Numbered from the stretch's first letter, positions 56,901 to 63,939 are shown. The stretch: DNA of 64,000 nucleotides from a virus (IMGVR_UViG_3300037336_000053:32001-96000); one strand, 5' to 3'. Numbers and translations are program-made. The notes: a model not told the origin generated them from the letters alone.

Positions 56901-59030
56901 CACTTTACCAGGTATAGCATCAACATTGCCGGTTGATGTTTGATCTAATTCACCAGCAGTACTATTTGTAAGTTCAAGAGCATATCTATTACCAAATGCA
57001 ACGTCTGCCGCTGTAGGTGAGTCAATACCATTAGTAATGATATTTCTTAACAATCCTACATTTGCAGTAATTGATGCTGCTCCGTTTGGCTCAGCTCCGC
57101 CAGCACTGCCATCCCATACAGTTGTTTGACTTATGTCTTGTGCAAATTTAGTTTGATATCTCAGTCCAATATTACCACTTACAAACGGAGTATATGCACT
57201 ATTATCAAAGTTAGTTATTAGGTTAAAGTCTGCATACAATTCAAAACTACTCGCATCAACAACTTTTACATATGCAAATTCACCTTCAATTTCTGTCATG
57301 CCTGAGATAGTATCAAACACTACAATATTTCCATCTTGTAATCCGTGATTAGTAGTAGTAGTAACTAGTGAAGGAACATCTCCAGCCTTGCGAACTATGC
57401 TTTGTATAGTCTTTTGATTGTACAATGTATTTTGTAGAATAGAACTAGTAATTAGTGTTCCCAGGAATGCAAAACTATCACTAGTTTGTTCTAATTGTGA
57501 ACTAACAGCAATTCTACCACTTACACTTGAGTAGTAGCGCTCAGCCGCTGTCCTTGATAGATAGTTAGCGTTGTTACCACGTTCAGCATCAATTCTAAGA
57601 CTATCAATAATTAGCCCTAAATCTCTTTCGCATGTAGCAACAGTATAAACAAAATTTGGATAAGTGTAAGCAAGATATCCAGATACTTCTGAAATTAGAT
57701 ATTTTTTGTTTAGTCTTAGCGTTGCACTTGTAATTATATTTACACCGTTTTCCACACCTGAACTAATTGTTACAGCAGGAGTAGTGAATGCCGAATGTGT
57801 TAATGTTTGGAAATATGGTCCAGGTTCTTCTGGTGCAGTTCTAATTAATTCTGCTGCTTTACGTGCAGCGGCATTAATAGTTCTAAATGCATATGTTGAC
57901 GATGTACCTTCTTTACCATTGGGAACACCTTGCATAGTATCATCACCAATGGTACTAACATTTAATACTTCTGGACTTGAGTATGCAGTGTTATCTACAT
58001 AATACTTTGTTGCTGCTTGTAGGTCTTCTGGACCATTGGGCGCACCATCACCGGCTAAGTCGCCCGGATGATCATGTAAAAACAACGCCCCGGTCATAGT
58101 ATCACCTTGACGTCTAGTGATACTAGTTCTAGGCATTGCAATATCTGCTAAGAAGTTTCCTGTTAGCGTAACATCGTACCCTGCATCTACAACTGTGTGT
58201 AAATCACTTACTGCAATAGTTCCTGATATACTGAGTTTGTTAGTTGCAGCTTCTAACGTACTTTCTGTAGAAGCTTGCTCTGCTGTAGCATATAGAGCAA
58301 GTTGATCATCATTTACATAACGTATGTAGTAAGTTACACCGCTTGTGAGATTGTTAGGATCAGTATTTTCTGCATTAAAAATAAACCCAGTACCGTTAGC
58401 ACCACTATCATAACCGTGACCTGATATAAACAGGTTTCCGTCTATGTAGTTTGTAATTGTTAATGTATATTGTGTATTTGTTGCTGGCTCTGCTGCAACA
58501 CGCACAGGCAAGCCACTAGTGATATAACGTCTATCTGCGTAACCTTTAGTAATAACTAAATCATCAATAGTGTAATTAGTAGTTCTTCCTAGTTGCGAAT
58601 TAAGTGCAGTTGCAGCACTTTCTGAAACAGCAACACCGCCGATAGCAAAGTTTGCAGCTGAAAGATGATTGCCTAGTGTAGGATTAACGTTGTCATCAAC
58701 AAGAGCACTAAATGTTGTTGATAATATAATTTTTCCTGGAACACTAACTACATCAACTGCGATACTATCAGTTGCATTTACATCAAGGTCGCTGTTACTA
58801 CCAATAGTACTGTATACAATTCCAGTACCTGCACTATTTGTTGTGATAATTTGCCCTGATTCAATAGTGTTTGGAGTATCACCTAGTGTAGTAAATCCAA
58901 TCTGGCCACCTTGACCAAATACTGCGTAAATCTCTTGGAAGTTTTCATTTACTTTGCGAAACGACTCACGAATACTATCGCCTGTGCCGTCATTACCTTC
59001 TACACCAATGTTTACATCTTGTTTTGCCAT
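50937..59030 (-). CDS. giant 2697-aa tail/baseplate fibre protein with beta-helix regions and a C-terminal chaperone/peptidase-G2-like domain
   Basis: gp9/10-like N-terminus; VETGIYEE.FP..I..GDEFRR and DATIIRNVT beta-helix motifs; C-terminal ADLAEYYE...VAGVVS...VALQGRVPV...KGDML...VIGKA. Confidence 0.75.
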   Translation of the reverse strand: MAKQDVNIGVEGNDGTGDSIRESFRKVNENFQEIYAVFGQGGQIGFTTLGDTPNTIESGQIITTNSAGTGIVYSTIGSNSDLDVNATDSIAVDVVSVPGKIILSTTFSALVDDNVNPTLGNHLSAANFAIGGVAVSESAATALNSQLGRTTNYTIDDLVITKGYADRRYITSGLPVRVAAEPATNTQYTLTITNYIDGNLFISGHGYDSGANGTGFIFNAENTDPNNLTSGVTYYIRYVNDDQLALYATAEQASTESTLEAATNKLSISGTIAVSDLHTVVDAGYDVTLTGNFLADIAMPRTSITRRQGDTMTGALFLHDHPGDLAGDGAPNGPEDLQAATKYYVDNTAYSSPEVLNVSTIGDDTMQGVPNGKEGTSSTYAFRTINAAARKAAELIRTAPEEPGPYFQTLTHSAFTTPAVTISSGVENGVNIITSATLRLNKKYLISEVSGYLAYTYPNFVYTVATCERDLGLIIDSLRIDAERGNNANYLSRTAAERYYSSVSGRIAVSSQLEQTSDSFAFLGTLITSSILQNTLYNQKTIQSIVRKAGDVPSLVTTTTNHGLQDGNIVVFDTISGMTEIEGEFAYVKVVDASSFELYADFNLITNFDNSAYTPFVSGNIGLRYQTKFAQDISQTTVWDGSAGGAEPNGAASITANVGLLRNIITNGIDSPTAADVAFGNRYALELTNSTAGELDQTSTGNVDAIPGKVLRGKRTAAIGRIVTYTQDTASTTFFMQLLSPIEFETGEEIELGNYVKAKQVLIRVETGIYEEDFPIRISKNISLKGDEFRRVIIRPKRRQSQSVYADTYFYRDATFDGLTVTTTGTPFVNQTGATQGYFGRHYLTDNTKPSNVGPTFTNLGKYLAASEIVKSNKEFIQDEVIYFIETTYPSLVYNETTCRRDTGYIVDGIVKDLLKGGKEFALENQGQYWSGYVSSGFAGQEIETAAAINYISTLTAQLLIGVAPTKNLGTDYDPDISLGKAEPDWAAGVSYLQGAFVKKGTLYYRALRTHKSVAGDENTDNLSATFGQLTNTLLWAPVISSVSVVGELVNVVVFAFDVNYNPPKRNDEMDVFLMDDATIIRNVTVQGHGGFMCVLDPEGQILTKSPYIQTASSFSRSENKKAFRGGMYVDAFAGNIPMRVQQSSGSYTDANGSIGLNALTLYVESQDVGGQAQGLKLRLPELPAPFYYKGQRYQVNAISNYDSALGRAVIYLDPGSNSGNGWNFVGADDIGDVGHDQDDVIQDIFLQSAGNRSILGNDFTQINDLAYGLVTNNGAFSEMVSMFTYYCHVAYYAANGSEIRSLNGSNGYGNFGLVAEGADPNEIPDQVTIARNMVQPVKAFTYGGYTNASGDTAITVYDFKEAPMKNAFVYINHGGIVGALNYRITNIQNLSDPTNSGTTGVGGAVVVTGIESVDNSSITGTPGPNGVYTLVAQKSTSGSGAGAVFAITVTSGTPVFTVTNVGEGYNIGDTITISGANIGGVDVTNDLTIPVLLVYTATPGQFSNEVYRLTVQEAGSNTDFYPDLQDGLSHSSIFEYRHGENVILGNVDTSDITSRPSTAINFDESDTVTYRSTGFTTKDDQNQDLDANQIKATFDIDYSYVVATINYINISTAAPAGGGTLGNAVSDTYLAVEKLTSINATRIVQDATDASNQTILNPGDLGYNGGMVFAYGGRTLQVIEYNPITTGDITGITSATPVVVTSASHGLSNSDKIEFESIGGTTELNGNSYYVGNVTTNTFALFTDDVLSNPLDGTQFTAYTTGGRWIPTDSVWYINTQLVSSTDVNGSGAAGIRLVPVAERNIYCGLVAGSTAEITVAISLLRATGHDFTEIGTGGFNTSNYPNVLLGAPVGGAAAKAGAYTNEDNATSAQVWERRKGRVFFISSDNDGFFRVGKYFVVDQSTGSVTFAGDVGISRAASLGFKEGVTISEFSNDELFIDLSDTAVPTEKAVANYVSRRLGHNGSAQLTGTSRFAPGFLALDGSTPLEANLNANSKQIKNLLDPTDDNDATTKDYVVQAVSSYDELDDLRNVTIHAVAAGNVAKQLFVPTGKRRLLTDPETPGLFTVGGTITNGTAQGTVVALESRFDKVLNKNVRVITYTLTTASEFNTTASPINNGVVGSSGATTAVVLENPVDEFTNAVESTTSDINITVTRSSTNTEVNLQIEPQAIINSDVNDTAAIAQSKLAMSAATTRANATGIAQVDLGLASFDSANFEITSGWVGIKDQGVGFAELPEIATDTVIGRSAAGTGDPSAVAFSTVIDEGGGLADGDFASVIAYGSPRNDPGQVLVKTATGAYTTSEISYDNENTSIAKRDNTGRLQATAYVIGGTSTYEILAESSGTLSFKTPAQGVILTASGASKPQINTGGNIKVGDMAVAPTESTFQANSAYGSIGGGAGAETSAISSRWIYSSFIEAPGEKDAAGTGIGLGAGTGFAGGGADVITFVTGGTVYGKISSVGFTGAVVGNVTGNVTGNVTGNAGTITSQANSATITAASTNVGSTIVLRDASGNFGAGTITAALSGNATTASSTTTVTTGGSVTTTTLTTGAAATAGTITGNWSLTAGSRMQATYADLAEYYEGDREYAVGTVLVFGGDKEVTESTTHRTTRVAGVVSDQSAYIMNAGCPGIKTCVALQGRVPVNVIGTVAKGDMLVASSIPGYAVVDNDPKVGTVIGKAVGVKTDSDRGTVEAVVGRV

Positions 59031-59119
59031 TTTATGCTCCGTTAAATTGCTGGCTGAGCCAGTTTATCCATATGTATGTATTTATTATTTAATTTTATAA
59101 TCTTAATGTAAATATAGTT

Positions 59120-59407
59120 ATGTTTATAAAAGAATTTAAAGAAGAAACTTGGCACATTCGTAAGAGCAAATTAGGAACAGAGCATCCTTATACTCGCATA
59201 TGTACCTATGCTGTATTTAGGTGTGATAGTTGTGATATAGAATTTGTGCGTCCGAGAGGAAGTATGAATCCTAAGAGATTAAGTAATAACTACTTTCACG
59301 TATGTAATACCTGCGATAGTAAGAAATTTGCCCAAAGAAAGGGTGTAGAACGCAAGCAAGTTTGGAATATGAGTGCTAGCAGTTCTAGACCAATTGGGAA
59401 ACTTTAG
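59120..59407 (+). CDS. small zinc-ribbon protein homologous to the N-terminus of the HNH at 30857
   Basis: RKSK...YTR...FRCDSCDIEF...HVCNTCD; TAAATA-N5-ATG. Confidence 0.7.
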   Translation: MFIKEFKEETWHIRKSKLGTEHPYTRICTYAVFRCDSCDIEFVRPRGSMNPKRLSNNYFHVCNTCDSKKFAQRKGVERKQVWNMSASSSRPIGKL

Positions 59408-59564
59408 TCTTCTTTTTTCCAAAGAGTCCAAGCGCCGTAGCCAATAGCAGCATATGCTACTAAACTAGCAATTGGTTTAAAAATGCAATGCCGGCACCAA
59501 TTAATATAGCACCGTCAAGTGTAGTACGTTCTTTAAGTCTAGCAGTAATCCATTTTTGTAACAT
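59404..59564 (-). pseudogene. small two-TM membrane protein gene with an internal frame change
   Basis: Frame 0 MLQKWITARLKERTTLDGAILIGAGIAFL; the -1 frame continues KPIASLVAYAAIGYGAWTLWKKED-stop. Confidence 0.55.
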
Positions 59565-59577
59565 GTTATTCTCCTTG

Positions 59578-59781
59578 TTATTTCTTCAAGCCGTCTGTTG
59601 TTACGTTAGCAACAGTTTTCATAGATTTTAGCGGAACAGGTAACGATGTGTCTGGTTTTACTAGACTTCGAATAGGAGTAGCACGTTGACCTAGATCGTG
59701 TCGAATACCGACTATTTTATCAAGTACTAACTTTCCTGAATAACCCGAACTATTATTTCTTGCCATTTTTGTATCTCCCAT
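59578..59781 (-). CDS. hypothetical protein
   Basis: ORF track; TAAATA upstream. Confidence 0.6.
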   Translation of the reverse strand: MGDTKMARNNSSGYSGKLVLDKIVGIRHDLGQRATPIRSLVKPDTSLPVPLKSMKTVANVTTDGLKK

Positions 59782-59787
59782 TGCAAG

Positions 59788-59800
59788 TATTTATTAAATA
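59788..59800. promoter_or_regulatory. back-to-back divergent TAAATA late-promoter-like motifs
   Basis: tatttattaaata: minus-strand TAAATA at 59793-59788, plus-strand at 59795-59800, between divergent genes. Confidence 0.6.
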
Positions 59801-59822
59801 TTACTCCTAAGGAGAAAATATC

Positions 59823-60143
59823 ATGATTAATTGGATTAAAAATCTATTCACAGGAACTGTAGTTCCTACCCCAGTTGTTGAAGAGCCAGTTGTTGAAGAG
59901 CCAGTTGTTGAAGAGCCAGTTGTTGAAACTCTAGTTACCGAGACACCCTTGACCCCGCAAGCAGCTTGGCCGTTTCCAACTGACTCAGGGTTTATTGCAG
60001 TAGAAGGTATGGGCGTAATTAAAGTAGCTAAACCAAAAACAGCAGACGTAAAAAAAGCAGCACCAAAGACTGCTTCTAAAAAACCTGCTGCAATTAAACC
60101 AACTGCGCCTAAAAAATCTAGACGTAGGCCTAAGAAGGTCTAA
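59823..60143 (+). CDS. Pro/Glu-repeat protein with a Lys/Ala/Pro-rich (histone H1-like) tail
   Basis: PVVEE x3 plus PVVET; KKAAPKTASKKPAAIKPTAPKKSRRRPKK. Confidence 0.75.
   Translation: MINWIKNLFTGTVVPTPVVEEPVVEEPVVEEPVVETLVTETPLTPQAAWPFPTDSGFIAVEGMGVIKVAKPKTADVKKAAPKTASKKPAAIKPTAPKKSRRRPKKV
59871..59927 (+). repeat. 15-nt tandem repeat, 3.8 copies
   Basis: ccagttgttgaagag x3 plus ccagttgttgaa. Confidence 0.95.
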
Positions 60144-60417
60144 TCATACCCTTTAACTGTTCAATTGCAGTTTCACAGCGAGTTAGCTTACGTTCTAGGA
60201 CGGTTATAGCTGCTCGCTGTTTTCTTGACTGCTCTTCCAAACTCTGCACATAGCGTTGTGTAGGAATCTGTTGTTCCATACCATTCTCAGCTATCATAGT
60301 AAAGTGATCACCGCCTTGTGCTTTCAAGCCGCCGCTAACACGATTAGGATTCTTATCAGGTGACTGTGTTAACGCTGATTGTGGCTTGCGCCCGTACATT
60401 TGATTTAAGTAGCTCAT
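60130..60417 (-). CDS. hypothetical protein with C-terminal coiled coil
   Basis: ORF track; TAAATA-N4-ATG. Confidence 0.7.
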   Translation of the reverse strand: MSYLNQMYGRKPQSALTQSPDKNPNRVSGGLKAQGGDHFTMIAENGMEQQIPTQRYVQSLEEQSRKQRAAITVLERKLTRCETAIEQLKGMIRPS

Positions 60418-60424
60418 ATTTTAT

Positions 60425-60664
60425 TTACCTCTTTAATTCGTGTAACAGGAATTCTTTGGGATCGCACCAGTAGGTTTCAAAACAGGCTTCTCCTGGCCCT
60501 GTTACCATACTTGTTACAACTTCACAACGTTTGAACCAAATATATTTCCCAGATAGATAACACTGTCTAGGTAACAACGAGAGCTTCTGCTCTTGATGTA
60601 TTCGTCTCTTGTTGAACATCCATTGATCGGGCAAGCCCATGCTTATTTTTTCTGGTATTGGCAT
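60425..60664 (-). CDS. hypothetical protein
   Basis: ORF track. Confidence 0.55.
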   Translation of the reverse strand: MPIPEKISMGLPDQWMFNKRRIHQEQKLSLLPRQCYLSGKYIWFKRCEVVTSMVTGPGEACFETYWCDPKEFLLHELKR

Positions 60665-61682
60665 AGTTATATAACTCTATTGATGCTAAATTCTTAAATT
60701 TACTCTCCGCCATAATATCTGCGTATTCAAGGAACGATAACGCATACTCATTTACAAGAGGATTAGGATATCTGTCGCTATGCGCTCGCAATTTAGCCTT
60801 CTTATGTCCTGCTTCTAATAGTGCTGGAAAGTTAGGCATAGTATCGTGTGCAAATCCCTCAGGTAGTGCAGTGTCTCTACTATACGAATAATGTATTGCA
60901 GGGCGTACACCTCTCCAAGAATCTACTATGCGTTTAAATCTATCGTCGGTTGGTGAAAGGTACTCTCCTTCACGACACCACGTATGGTGTAAATCAAGTA
61001 CAAGGGCACAATCGTTGACAAGTTCGAGGCTTGAATCAATGCCCCATTTGTTTTCGTCGTTTTCGATTGTGATGCAGTTTCTTGCTTCAGGTGAAAGTCG
61101 GCGTAACGCTTGTCGGATACCCTCGGGGCCTTTTCGACCGGAGATATGCACGTTGCATTTGAAATCTTGGAAGGTCTTGCCGTAGCCCATCCAGCGTACC
61201 ATATCTGCATGATATTCAAACTCCTCTATACTCCGCTCTACTATGCCAGCGTCATCACTAGCAAGTACAGTAAACTGGCCAGGATGCATAGACAAACGTA
61301 CATCAAGCCTACGAGCAGTCTCGCCCACCTTGGCAAACTCTCTTTCACAATAGGCCCTAACGTCTGGTAGTCTCCAATAGTACCGCCAATCCTGCTGAGT
61401 GTAAACAGGAAGACAATCGCTGCCGAGTCTAACCATTCTAAGACCTTCAGGTAAGCTACCAACATATTCAATTAATCTCCCGTAAGCTGCAATGTTGTGT
61501 TGCATAATATCCCACAACCGTTGCTCTGCAACTTCTTTAGTTTGACGGTTAAGCCATTGTACAGTAGTTGACTTAGTATTTAGTGGCCGCTGAATTTCTT
61601 CTAGAAGTTTTTTAGGTTGAGTTTGATCTGGGTGCATGTATTTGCATGCGAATCCTATACGTTTAATAGTCGAATTTGTCAT
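60567..61682 (-). CDS. uvsE: UV-damage endonuclease UvsE/UVDE
   Basis: RIGFACKY, MVRLGSD, RLSMHPGQF.VLAS, ITIENDE, LVLDLHH and AHSD; start revised to MTNSTIK. Confidence 0.9.
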   Translation of the reverse strand: MTNSTIKRIGFACKYMHPDQTQPKKLLEEIQRPLNTKSTTVQWLNRQTKEVAEQRLWDIMQHNIAAYGRLIEYVGSLPEGLRMVRLGSDCLPVYTQQDWRYYWRLPDVRAYCEREFAKVGETARRLDVRLSMHPGQFTVLASDDAGIVERSIEEFEYHADMVRWMGYGKTFQDFKCNVHISGRKGPEGIRQALRRLSPEARNCITIENDENKWGIDSSLELVNDCALVLDLHHTWCREGEYLSPTDDRFKRIVDSWRGVRPAIHYSYSRDTALPEGFAHDTMPNFPALLEAGHKKAKLRAHSDRYPNPLVNEYALSFLEYADIMAESKFKNLASIELYNYANTRKNKHGLARSMDVQQETNTSRAEALVVT

Positions 61683-61860
61683 ATTTTTTGCCTTGTGCCT
61701 TAAGTTCTTGCCAATTAGTAGGATATCTATAATCACCGTTTAGCAAATGTGTGCCTGAATTGTGTAGTGCGTATTGCCAGCTTGCCCACCAACCGTATTT
61801 TGGGCTCAGCTTTTTATACCATCTTACAAATAGTATAACACGCTTTTTAATGTTTGTCAA
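61663..61860 (-). CDS. hypothetical protein (TTG start)
   Basis: ORF track; its start overlaps a TTGACA-17-TATACT promoter, so the start is uncertain. Confidence 0.4.
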   Translation of the reverse strand: MTNIKKRVILFVRWYKKLSPKYGWWASWQYALHNSGTHLLNGDYRYPTNWQELKAQGKKYDKFDY

Positions 61861-62552
61861 CCTACAAACGCCCGCTCTTGTACAAACGTACCCTGTGTCT
61901 TTTTACTGCCTTCACAAAATCCTAATGTACTAAAATGTTCTTTTAGGTCGTTGTTAAATCCTATACTGCCACACAACATCACACGTTGAAAAGACGGATC
62001 GTCAATCTTAACAGTCCCGTCCTCCATAAATTTTTGAATACGTCCTTTTAGTTTGGCATCTTCTTGTGTCACTGTGCTAATATATTTAATAGGCATTTCG
62101 TTTAAAAAGTCTCTGTAACAATCTTGTTCGGCATTTAATCTAGTTGTCCATGTCACTGTTATGTTTTCAAACAAGTCGTATGTTTCAGGATCACGCAGTA
62201 TACTAATAAACGGAGCAATGCCTGTGCCACTTGCCATCATTACTAAGTGCCCGCCTAGTTCTAAGTTAGCAAGCAATAATGTGCCAGTTGGTTTCTCTCC
62301 CACTTCTAGCATATCGCCTACTTGTATATTTTGTAACTTGCTAGTAAGTGGGCCATTTGGTACTTTGATACTGTAAAATTCAATCCAGTCATCGTACGGT
62401 CCGCTTGATATACTGTATGCCCGTTTAGGTGTACCTTCCATACTTATCATTACAAACTCACCTGCTGTAAATCTGTATGTTGACGGCCGTTCAACACGTA
62501 TTCTAAACAGTGTGTCTGTGTAGTGTTTAACATCAATTACGCCTAGTAGCAT
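61857..62552 (-). CDS. fpr: ferredoxin-NADP+ reductase (bacterial subclass I)
   Basis: RAYSISS, FYSIKVPNGPLTSKL, GTGIAPF, VMLCGS and ERAFV. Confidence 0.92.
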   Translation of the reverse strand: MLLGVIDVKHYTDTLFRIRVERPSTYRFTAGEFVMISMEGTPKRAYSISSGPYDDWIEFYSIKVPNGPLTSKLQNIQVGDMLEVGEKPTGTLLLANLELGGHLVMMASGTGIAPFISILRDPETYDLFENITVTWTTRLNAEQDCYRDFLNEMPIKYISTVTQEDAKLKGRIQKFMEDGTVKIDDPSFQRVMLCGSIGFNNDLKEHFSTLGFCEGSKKTQGTFVQERAFVG

Positions 62553-62553
62553 A

Positions 62554-63393
62554 CTATCTCCAATTGTCTACCACCCATGAATCTTCGCAATTATGTGGTT
62601 GAGGATCTCCGTGGAATACTGCTATGCAACATTCTACTCTTGGAGTAACATTTTCAATTGTTTTCAATATACGATTGCCTTTTGTTCCGCCTGGCGAAAA
62701 TTCTTTTGTTTTTCGAACTTCCCATTTCCAACTTAATATCCAACTATCTGGATAAAGCATTGCTTGCTGACTTCTAGTTGCTTCGTACAGCCAATCCTGA
62801 TCACCAAACAGTCTACGCTGAATGTTGACTCTGTCTTTATCAAATTCTTCCCAAACATGACTTAATTGTCCAGTTTTAAATCGTATAACACTGCTGTTAT
62901 ATTTTGGCCATTTAGGCCGCATTGCTCTAGTAAAGTCTCGTATTGTACACCAATGATTTGGTTGATAGGTAAACAGTTTATCTATATTACTTGCAATTAC
63001 AACATCTAGATCAATGTAAAGTATAGTACCCTTTATTGGGAGATCATTTGAAAACATGTAGGGCTTGTACCACCAGCCTGATAATCCCTTGGGCAATGAT
63101 ATTACTTTTATATTTGAATCTAATCCGTTTGCATCTTCAGTCATGCACACAAATTCGTAATCTATTCTACAATTACGTTTAACCATATTGTACAAACGAT
63201 TAACATAATCAGCAGAATACTTTGTGCCATGTTTTAAGCATAGCACAAAGAATTTATTTTCTGTTACCGGAGCAGGAACTGTAACAATTTCAACAGGAAT
63301 AGATTGATGTTTAGCTTCTTTTTCCTGCTTACGTTGTTCTTTTATTCTGCGCCATTCCTCTTTGGAATATTGACTCTTGTCAATCTTAGCCAT
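62554..63393 (-). CDS. GT-A fold glycosyltransferase-like protein
   Basis: CLKHGTKYSADYVNRLY, WWYKP, LYIDLDVVI (DxD), NSSV, GDQDW and FHGDPQP; start revised to MAKIDK. Confidence 0.8.
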   Translation of the reverse strand: MAKIDKSQYSKEEWRRIKEQRKQEKEAKHQSIPVEIVTVPAPVTENKFFVLCLKHGTKYSADYVNRLYNMVKRNCRIDYEFVCMTEDANGLDSNIKVISLPKGLSGWWYKPYMFSNDLPIKGTILYIDLDVVIASNIDKLFTYQPNHWCTIRDFTRAMRPKWPKYNSSVIRFKTGQLSHVWEEFDKDRVNIQRRLFGDQDWLYEATRSQQAMLYPDSWILSWKWEVRKTKEFSPGGTKGNRILKTIENVTPRVECCIAVFHGDPQPHNCEDSWVVDNWR

Positions 63394-63865
63394 TTGCAAA
63401 TAATATCTTTTGAACTTCAAAAGGTGTGTAGATTGCTGAGTTAGCACCATGCTCTGAACACTCTGCTGATTCACACCAGCAACGTCCACCGGACATTTCT
63501 TTAACCAATGCATCTGCAAAACGCCATGCATGTTCTGCAAACTTCTCTACACCTACGCCGTCCATTACTACAACTTCTGCTAATCCCATTGCTTCAAGTT
63601 CTGAAAATTTATACAAGAACGGATCTTCTCGATCAATTACAGTCTTGTGATCAAAACTATTTTCAAGCCAAGCCTTCAAAGGTTTTAGCCCGCCAAAGTC
63701 TACTGCCCAGTTTTTGTTATCTAATTCTTTACAACCAAATGTAAATTTAAATGCCAAACTGTAACCATGTAGCAAATGACAGTGTGAATGTTCTGCGTTA
63801 GGTTGACGGAACACTGCACTAAGCCCGATCTGATGTCCGTATGTTTTTGTTGAATAGTAAGCCAT
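63386..63865 (-). CDS. queD: 6-carboxy-5,6,7,8-tetrahydropterin synthase
   Basis: HCHLLHGYSL, VDFGGLK, FDHKTVID and E..A...W...SEHGANSA. Confidence 0.88.
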   Translation of the reverse strand: MAYYSTKTYGHQIGLSAVFRQPNAEHSHCHLLHGYSLAFKFTFGCKELDNKNWAVDFGGLKPLKAWLENSFDHKTVIDREDPFLYKFSELEAMGLAEVVVMDGVGVEKFAEHAWRFADALVKEMSGGRCWCESAECSEHGANSAIYTPFEVQKILFANG

Positions 63866-63933
63866 TTTATACTCCTAGGTTAATGGAGTGTGCGGAATAT
63901 TTATAGAGGGAACGAACACCAAGTCCTCTTACA
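63866..63933 (-). promoter_or_regulatory. structured 5' leader of queD (two hairpins, one occluding the SD)
   Basis: AGAGG...CCUCU stem, then ACUCC/GGAGU stem covering the SD. Confidence 0.45.
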
Positions 63934-63939
63934 ATATAC

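Noticed and set aside
277-63744. Numerous plus-strand ORFs in the track (e.g. 1507-1887, 14652-14957, 51325-51675, 52516-52968)
   Set aside because: They are antisense shadows of well-supported minus-strand genes, with no motifs or start signals.
63866-63933. Annotating a canonical preQ1-I riboswitch
   Set aside because: Loop length and sequence and the 3' tail deviate from the consensus, so it is kept only as a candidate finding.
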